Assembly: GCA_009602735.1 (NCBI GenBank) | Contig: WELA01001426.1 | Coordinates: 154,338 to 210,704 of the forward strand | Direction of reading: 5' to 3' | DNA length: 56,367 nucleotides | From: Mesotaenium endlicherianum | Lineage: Eukaryota | Shown here: positions 49,400 to 56,367 of the stretch, piece by piece | How positions within the stretch are numbered: the first letter of the stretch is position 1 | Layout: each line of letters starts with the position of its first letter | Translations under genes and position numbers: made by a program | The notes under the pieces: model-generated | Told to the model about the DNA's origin: nothing | The model's database searches: none | The model's input: the letters and a program-made list of their open reading frames with translations, nothing else

Positions 49400-49550
49400 A
49401 CAGCAACAAGTGAGGCAAGCTTACGATGTTGTCATGTGCCGACAGGCTCAGGCGGCTGTGGACGCCCCGCCACCTGGGGCAGCTGCGGATCAGCTTGGAC
49501 CCGCAGAGCCATCGCTGAGCACCGGAGACGCCATCGAGAAGTACCAGCTT
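49400..49550 (+). other. 151-bp GC-rich non-retroelement insert in the integrase of X (host-exon-like)
   Basis: Absent from A1/A2 (…CTGGTA|GTCGTGGAT…); no TSD; reads ...AEPSLSTGDAIEKYQL. Confidence 0.8.
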
Positions 49551-51021
49551 GTTGTGGATAAATTGACAAAAATGGTCATTTTCGTCCCCACCAATGTCAA
49601 GGTAATTGCACTCGAAACTGCGAAACAGTTTTACAACCATGTAGTATGCCAACATGGGCTACCCTCCAATGTTATACCAAATAGAGACTCAAAATTTACC
49701 CCTCAGTTTTGGAAAGCTTTATTGGGGTTAATGGGAGTCAAACAATTGCTCAGCACTGCAGACCACCCTCAGACTGATGGACAGATTGAAAGAACTAACC
49801 GAGTCTCGTAAAAAGTGCTGAGAGCATATATTAACCAAAAACAAGATAAATGGGATGACCTGTTGTCTCATTTTCAGTTTGCGGTGCATGCGTTGACGGA
49901 AAAGACTCCTTCTGAACTCAGTCTGGGTAGAGTCCCTAAGTCTTCCTTAGATGTGTTAGGGGAGTCTTAAACTCATTCGGAGGGGATTGACAACCCGGTG
50001 TCTCTCCAGTTAACTTAGGAGTCTGTTGACACCCTGTCAAAAGTCCAACAGAACCTGCACAAAATCCAAGAGAATCAACAAAGTTATGCTAATCAACACC
50101 GTGGAGAGCTGACATTTTTAAAGGGCGATTTGGTCAAACTGCATTCTCACCACCTCTACCTGCCCGGTGTAGTCAAGAAAAAGCTTGGTCCAGTGTGGGT
50201 CAGTCCATATTTGGTGGTGCACCGTGTCGGTCAAAATGCTTACAAACTGAACATGTCGGCAGAATACAAGGGTCATTAAGTCTTTAATGTCTTTTTCCTA
50301 AAACCATACATCAAGGGTGACACACTGTTCACAGGTTGGTAACTTGTCCAGCCAGGACCGGTCCCAACTGTCGGGGAAGGTGACCCTGAGGAATATGAGG
50401 TTGATGAAATTTGAGAAGCTTGCTCTGTCCGTCGCTCATCTAAATATGTCATGAAATATTCCATCGCTCATCTAAATATGTCATGAAATATCTGGTCGGA
50501 TGGAAGGGTTGCGATGCCTATGGGGACACCTGGGAATTTAAAGACCATTTGACCAATGCCAAAAGGGCGTTGAAATGCTTTTACCTTTTGGGCGGTTGGA
50601 ACACCTCTTTAAATGCCATTTTAGTTGACATGGGAAGGTGACAGGGTGTCATGTCGCCATTTAAGTTGGAGGGGAAATGCGCCCAAAAGTGACAGTTGTG
50701 ACAGACAGCCCTAATAGTGACAGAAAGTGACAATAGGCGACAGTAAATGACAATTGTGACAGGCAGCCCACCTTAAAAATTAAGTTGGAGGGAGTGCGGT
50801 AACATCTCGGGAACCAGCCAATTGTCTTTACATGTCCATTCTCCACACTCAACTCCGCTCACACTCACTCCTCTCTCAAGCACACTCCCATTGTCCTCCA
50901 ACTTACGACAGGTATTGCATATCTCGTAACTCTCACTACTACGTTCTTATTGGTCAAAGTACTCAGAGATTGTGCACAATATCACGACTTCACCGACTCA
51001 ATTGTGTTATGTTTGAGCAAG

Positions 51022-52413
51022 ATGACCCAAAAGTCTAAACTTAAGAGGAAAAGAAGAGCGGACGTGGCCCAGGCGGAATACAAGGAATTCCACGGCGACA
51101 TCAAGTCGTCCTCCATCTCATTTTGTGAATCAGAGCGACTTTGACAGCAGCGGGAGGCTCAGAAGAAAAAGGATGAGCAAGAACAAGCCAGGTTGTGACA
51201 GGAAGAGCAGGACAAAAAAGCTACAGAGGAAGCCAAGAAGGCAGAAGAAGACAGGCAAGCTGAGGAGAGGCGGAAGCAGCAAGCTGAGGAGGAATAGAGG
51301 AGAATCAAAAGCTACCGCTACATGGTGATGGACAAGGGCTTTGATCTTTTGGAGGAAGTCTTCAAGTACGCCCAGAGGAGCAGAAGTGAATCATAGAGGG
51401 ACATACTGCAGCGAGAAACGTAGTCAGCCGAAGGTTTTGATACGTACATAAAAGTCAGCATAGGGCTTATGTTGTACCATGATTATGCTAGGATGGTGGG
51501 GTATACGGTCCGGGAGGCCAAAGCATAGGCCCAGATAGGTGAATCTGAAGCTGTGCCAATACCTGGGATCTGGGGCACAAACAAGGTCATCAGGTTGATC
51601 CCTATGCATACAGACAGCTTCAAGGATGCCACTTCCCACAACCGGTTCAAGGCCATGTATAACGAGGTGGAGAGAAGAAGCTGGGTTTTTGGCAAGGGAG
51701 ACCAGCCAGCTGGATTTCTGAGGACATTGGTATCCCTGTACCCTGAAGAGGACACACCTTGCTTTCTTTTTGTAGTCCGCTAACTAGCGTTGGATGACCA
51801 TCAACATGAGGGACCAGCTCAATGACAGAGCTGAGGAAGACGATTTCCTGGCAGACATGCAGGGAAAATAGTGCTGCCACCTCACATTGCAGCATGGGAC
51901 CCAAGACTGGATGGAGTCAGGGACTGCATGAGTTAGGAGACACACGAGGATGGGACTAGGGCCAGAGAATCTTTCTCTAAGGGGAAGCATGCTTATGCCA
52001 AATGGGCAAGTAAGCAAGGGGAGAAGGACTTGTATGCGGCCAGGACCCAACAACCCCCACCAGCACCCAAAAGGGGGAGGTCAGTGAAATACTCTTTTTC
52101 TCGGGAACGGCTGGAGGAGATGACTAGAGAGACTCCAGAAGTCTCAGAAGAACAGGAAGACAACGAGGAGGAAGGCCCAGGGGAGGAGTCTAGCCCTGCG
52201 GATGCAGAGACCCCTGCTACATCCCCCACGCTGCAGAAGATTAGGATGTCCTTGGCTCAGGCAGCCCTGCAGCAGCTTGGGGATACCAGTCCACCCAGAG
52301 ATGCAGATCTCCACTGGCTGGGAAGTTTTAACAGGAGGAGTATGACCCCAGGAGGTGAGATTCAATCAGACAGAGCAGACAGGAGGGCTGCCAAGGAGGC
52401 AACAAGAGGGCAG
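51022..52413 (+). pseudogene. ORF3 type a-like of element X, degenerate, interrupted at 52413 by A3
   Basis: MTQKSKLKRKRRA, IPGIWG..DSFKD..YNEVERRSW, QQPPPAPKRGRSV, QSDRADRRAA fragments with stops and frameshifts. Confidence 0.88.
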
Positions 52414-53239
52414 TGAAATAAATCGACTTACAAAATAGGCGATTAACAATTAATAAAGATCTTTATATCAGCAAGTAATCTTTATGGTATTTTCCGTTAA
52501 CTGGTTAAACGGCGAAGGACAATACACTAGCAGTGAATAATACTTGTAAGTCAAATGCGAGTAAACTAGCATCAATAATGCAAATCAGTAAACTCATACA
52601 TACAAGGTTAGAAGACAGTGCGTATCAATGGCTTCTCGCCTTGGATTCAGATCTCTCTCAGTAAGCTGTACAAGAGAGTTGGCCTCGTTTCCGAATGCCG
52701 AACTCGAGAGCAATGCCTAGCATATGTACATGGAATGAGTTTACTGTTCAACGGCCAGTGCGATGGCACCGCCTACCCGGGAGTTAACCACGTTGGTAGG
52801 ACCTCGGTTAACCAAATCCACCGCCATCTCCCATCATCCCGAATAGCCATCCACCATAGGGATGTCATCTGGCCATTCATCTAGCATATCGTACTTAGAT
52901 GCATATCAAGGCAGTTCGCTGCTACCGATTACGGAAGTCAGCTGGCTGTCCAAGAATGTGTCAGCAAGCTGACTTAAATGGACTTCAGCCTGCTGCTTCC
53001 GGCTGAGTCATTGAACTGGTATTAAATATTAAGTCCAGCAGACTGATTAATAACTAGTGTTCAGCAGGTTGAACTAAATTAACTATTATATTTAAATGAA
53101 TATTATATCTACTAATATACTGATTCATTACAATCCCTCCAACTTAACTTGTTGTCGCCTCGACAACATTAAACTGCAAAGCTTTAAATAAAGGAATTGA
53201 ACCTGCCTCCCCTACTGACTGCCTTTTCAGCCTGTCACC

Positions 53240-54917
53240 TTAAGGGGTTGTTACTGGGGCTTCAAGATCAGGAGACGGAGATCTGGACGTGGATCTGGAC
53301 AGCCCTCTAGGTCTGTCAGCTGGCCTTCTAAAGAACCCTGTTTGCTCTAAAGTTGGACCTCGAGGAGAACGAAGGATGGTAGCCTGCTCTTCACCCACTT
53401 GGGTGTTGATCCCCACATAGACAGGCATTCCAGTAGGATGCTAAAATACATTGGCTAGAGGTACATGCCCCTGAGCGGAGGGGGAGGCCGGCATACCTCT
53501 GGCAAACCCGCGTGTCCCTCTTCTGGCACTCCTGTTCTCTGGGGATTTCTGCCTGTGTCTGCTGCCCAGTATAGTCAGATCAGCTTCTTCCCCTGCTTGG
53601 GCAGGTGGGCTGGGGGAGCGAGCGCGGGGTCCAGTTGCCTCCATAACAGGGATTACATTCCAAATACCTGATCGTGGTTCCTTAGGAAGTGCCCCCTGCC
53701 TGCCCCTGAGTATCCTGAGTACCAGCTGCTGATGCTTCTCCTCTGCCTTGTTCTTCTTCCTCATCCTCCTCATCCTCCTCCTCGAAGAGAGTTGGGGTCT
53801 CGTCCACTAAGTCGTCCTGCTCCCTAGTAGACATGGAGTAGTCTACCGATCTCCCTTTCTTAGGGCGCGCTGGAGGTTGCTTGGCCTTCAGCCTGCTGAT
53901 ATCTATCCGGCCTGCATTCTTTGCCGATTTGACAAAGGCATGCTTTCCCTGAGAGAAGTAGTCTCTTCCCCTCCTCCTATGCTCCTTGGTCTCTGCATTC
54001 ATATTGCTCAGGCATCCATTCAGCCTGGGATCCGAAGGGGCAATGTGAGGTGGTAGGATGAGATAGCCGTCTAGGCCATAGTGGAAGTCATCCGGTTGGG
54101 CTCGGTCACACTCCTGCTTCTTATTTGTGACGGTCATCCACCTCCAGTCTGTTGGCTGCTGGTAGTACTGGGGTCCGTGCTCAGCCTTCCTCAATTTACA
54201 CGGGAACCAGTGGGGAGAGAACATCTGCTGTCCTGCTTCCCTGGCCAAGTACTCCCAGCTCCTTCTCTCCACTTCATTGTAAGCTGGCAGTAGTGTGAGG
54301 TAGAAGACCGTATCCTTAAAGCTATCGGGCCGCATGCTCACCATCCGGATAAGTCTCTGATCTCCCACTATTCCTGGTATGGGGACCGGCTTGTCTTCTG
54401 AATCATCTGCAAGGTACCGGGCCTGCTCTGCTGTATAGCCCACCATCTTGGCATAATCTTCGTAGAGGACCACACCAGTGTGTGTCTCGATGTACCTATC
54501 CAGTGATGCAGCTCCTTCCCTCTGTAGCAGTGCTGTCTGTTCCAGCTTGTTGATCTCCTGGGCTGCCAGCAATGCTTCCTTCAGGTTATCAAAGTTTTGG
54601 CCACCCACCACAGTATACCTGTAAGTGGCCAAGCTCTTCTGTTTGTCCCCTTCAATCTTTTTCCTTTTCTCCTCCTCTGCCGCTGCCCCTTCTTCTTGTT
54701 GTTTCTTCCGTCTCGCCTCCTCAGCTTTCCTGAGGTTTTCCGCTTCCTGATCCTTCTTCCTCTGTGCCTCTTCTGCCGCCTCTTGTTGTCTGCGGACCCT
54801 TTCTTGTTCTCTCCTGGTGAGGGACGTCGCCGCCAGCTCCCTTTGGTATTGCTCCATTGTCCTCCTGGCTTCTTCTGCCTTGCGCTTTCTGTCCTCCTTT
54901 TGTGTGGTGGGAGCCAT
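53240..54917 (-). pseudogene. ORF3 type b of A3, frameshift near 53700 and TAG at 53441
   Basis: Three ORF pieces (53682-54941, 53441-53773, 53240-53428) are collinear with 45638-47314. Confidence 0.92.
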
Positions 54918-55015
54918 CCTGTACATGTAACCAGGGCACAAGTTAGTAGGATATGGACCTTTGTCGTAGGGATTGCAGGAAGTATGTTAGTATTAGTATA
55001 GTGGATTCGCTCCTA

Positions 55016-55043
55016 TTTAGGGTTTTAGGGTTTTAGGGTTTTA
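55016..55043 (+). repeat. Short interstitial telomere-type array TTTAGGG-(TTTTAGGG)2-TTTTA
   Basis: Direct reading; absent at the homologous site of A2 (~45530). Confidence 0.85.
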
Positions 55044-55960
55044 CAGGGTGATTGCTAAAAGTTGACGTAGTTGCGGTGCGCTAAACATAAACATATGAAT
55101 GTGTTTGAGGGTGAGTTAAGTTCCTTCCTTCCGCTCAAGGTGCTTTATGTGGGCCAGGCTGTCCCCTCTATCACTATGCTGACACTTAGGATTCACGTAA
55201 TTGTCCCTTCATCGCTCTCGCTCACTAACTGTCATATATTTTCCCCTCCAACTTAAATGGAGACAGGACCGCCTGTCACCTTCCCGTGTCAACTGAAATG
55301 ACAGTTATGAAGGGGCTCCAGCGGCCCGAAGGTGGAACCGTTTCAACGCTCCTTTGGCATTGGTCAAATGGTCCTTAAATTCCCAAGTGTCCCCAGAGGC
55401 ATCGTAACCCTTCCATCAAATGAGGTATTTCATGACATATTTAGACAATCGACGGATCGAGCGCGCGTCTAAAATCTCCTCAACCTCATATTCGTCAGAG
55501 TCGCCGTCCCTGACAGCGGGGACCGGCCCCGGTTGGACAGGTTACCGACCTGTGAACAGTGTATCACCTTTGATGTATGGTTCCAGGAAGGAGACATTAA
55601 AGACCGGGTGACCCTTGTATCCAGCTGACGTGTTCAGTTTGTAAGCAGTCTGACCGACACGATGCACCACCGAATATGGACCGACCCAGACAGGGCCAAG
55701 CTTTTTCTTGACCACACCAGGGAGGTACAGGTGCTGAGAATGCAGTTTGACTAAATCGCCTTTAGAAAATGTCAGCTCCCGACGGTGTTGATTAGCGTAT
55801 TTTTGTTGGTTTGCTTGGGGTTTGCTTCTGTGCAAGTTTTGTTGGACTTCTGATAGGGTGTCAGCAAATTCCTGAGGTATCTGGAGGGAGACCGGATTGT
55901 CAATCCCTTCAGGGTAAGTTAAAGACTCCCCCAGCACATCTAGAGGGGACTTAGGGACTC

Positions 55961-56367
55961 TGTAAGGTCATAGGTTTATGAAGTGCATTTTTGAGTATCA
56001 TGAAAGTATGTTTTGATTGTATAGTAGTGTAGAGTGCAGTTTTGTGGTCATTTTGATATAAAGTTCATCGAATTTGGTCAAGTATTGAGAGAGTTATGGA
56101 TTTCCGAAGTTTAATTAGTTTTGAGGTCGGTTGACGACTGTCCTTAATTCGCGGTGAGCGCGACCGTCGGATTGACCGACAGCGTCGAGCGATCTGGCCC
56201 GTTAGAATGAACTCGAACCTTCACGTAAGTTCGGCTGACGCGGAGTGCCGACTAGGTCGATTTACCTAGAAGTTTCGGTTTAGCCTAGCGCGTCTAAGAT
56301 AGAATATTCTAGTAATGTCGATGCATGTATGTGGACGTCAATTCGGCCCGACACGTCAGATTAGACT
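55961..56367 (+). mobile_element. Family D LTR (truncated by window end), inserted in A3 integrase
   Basis: Begins TGTAAGGTCATAGG; near-identical to 31571 onward. Confidence 0.93.

Larger units (their letters stand above)
27937..52413 (+). mobile_element. Old degenerate family-A element 'X' hosting nested insertions; its pieces are 27937-31570, 32315-32444, 39125-39323, 48173-48461, 49208-52413; 3' end lies beyond the window
   Basis: 5' LTR 27937-28670, PBS TGGTATCAAAGC, gag from 28705 and pol with many stops. The pieces rejoin collinearly with A2 pol once insertions and TSDs are removed. Confidence 0.9.
52414..55960 (-). mobile_element. Family A copy A3 (3' part: 3' LTR 52414-53132, ORF3 type b, end of pol); continues beyond the family-D insertion
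   Basis: LTR with adjacent PPT 53133-53145; integrase C-terminus and chromodomain at ~55306-55960. Confidence 0.94.

Overview
Eukaryotic genomic DNA; the GC-rich spliced genes, initiator-Met primer sites and TTTTAGGG repeats suggest a green alga or early-diverging plant (inference). The first ~10 kb holds two convergent intron-containing host genes. One is a riboflavin kinase (+, 3 visible exons, interrupted by an N gap). The other is a ~906-aa GAF-PAS-PAS protein (-, 4 exons) with bacterial-type sensor domains and no visible output domain. From ~11.9 kb onward is a nested transposon island. It contains a non-autonomous Mutator-like TIR element, Ty3/gypsy chromoviruses of two families (A and B), solo LTRs of three families, and one old family-A element (X) carrying at least six later insertions; 5-bp target-site duplications confirm every complete LTR insertion. 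The main finding concerns family A. It carries a third, sense-strand ORF (~555 aa, no family I recognise, not Env-like) between pol and the 3' LTR. ORF3 is preceded by a conserved branch point/3' splice site (YACTAAC...CAG|G-ATG) and bracketed by two hairpin+polypurine-tract units. It occurs as two divergent types on near-identical gag-pol/LTR backbones, so it looks like an exchangeable accessory-gene cassette expressed from a spliced RNA. Other findings: -1 frameshift signals in both families, a captured host-exon-like fragment (NOT1-like), and a telomeric-repeat insertion upstream of one ORF3.
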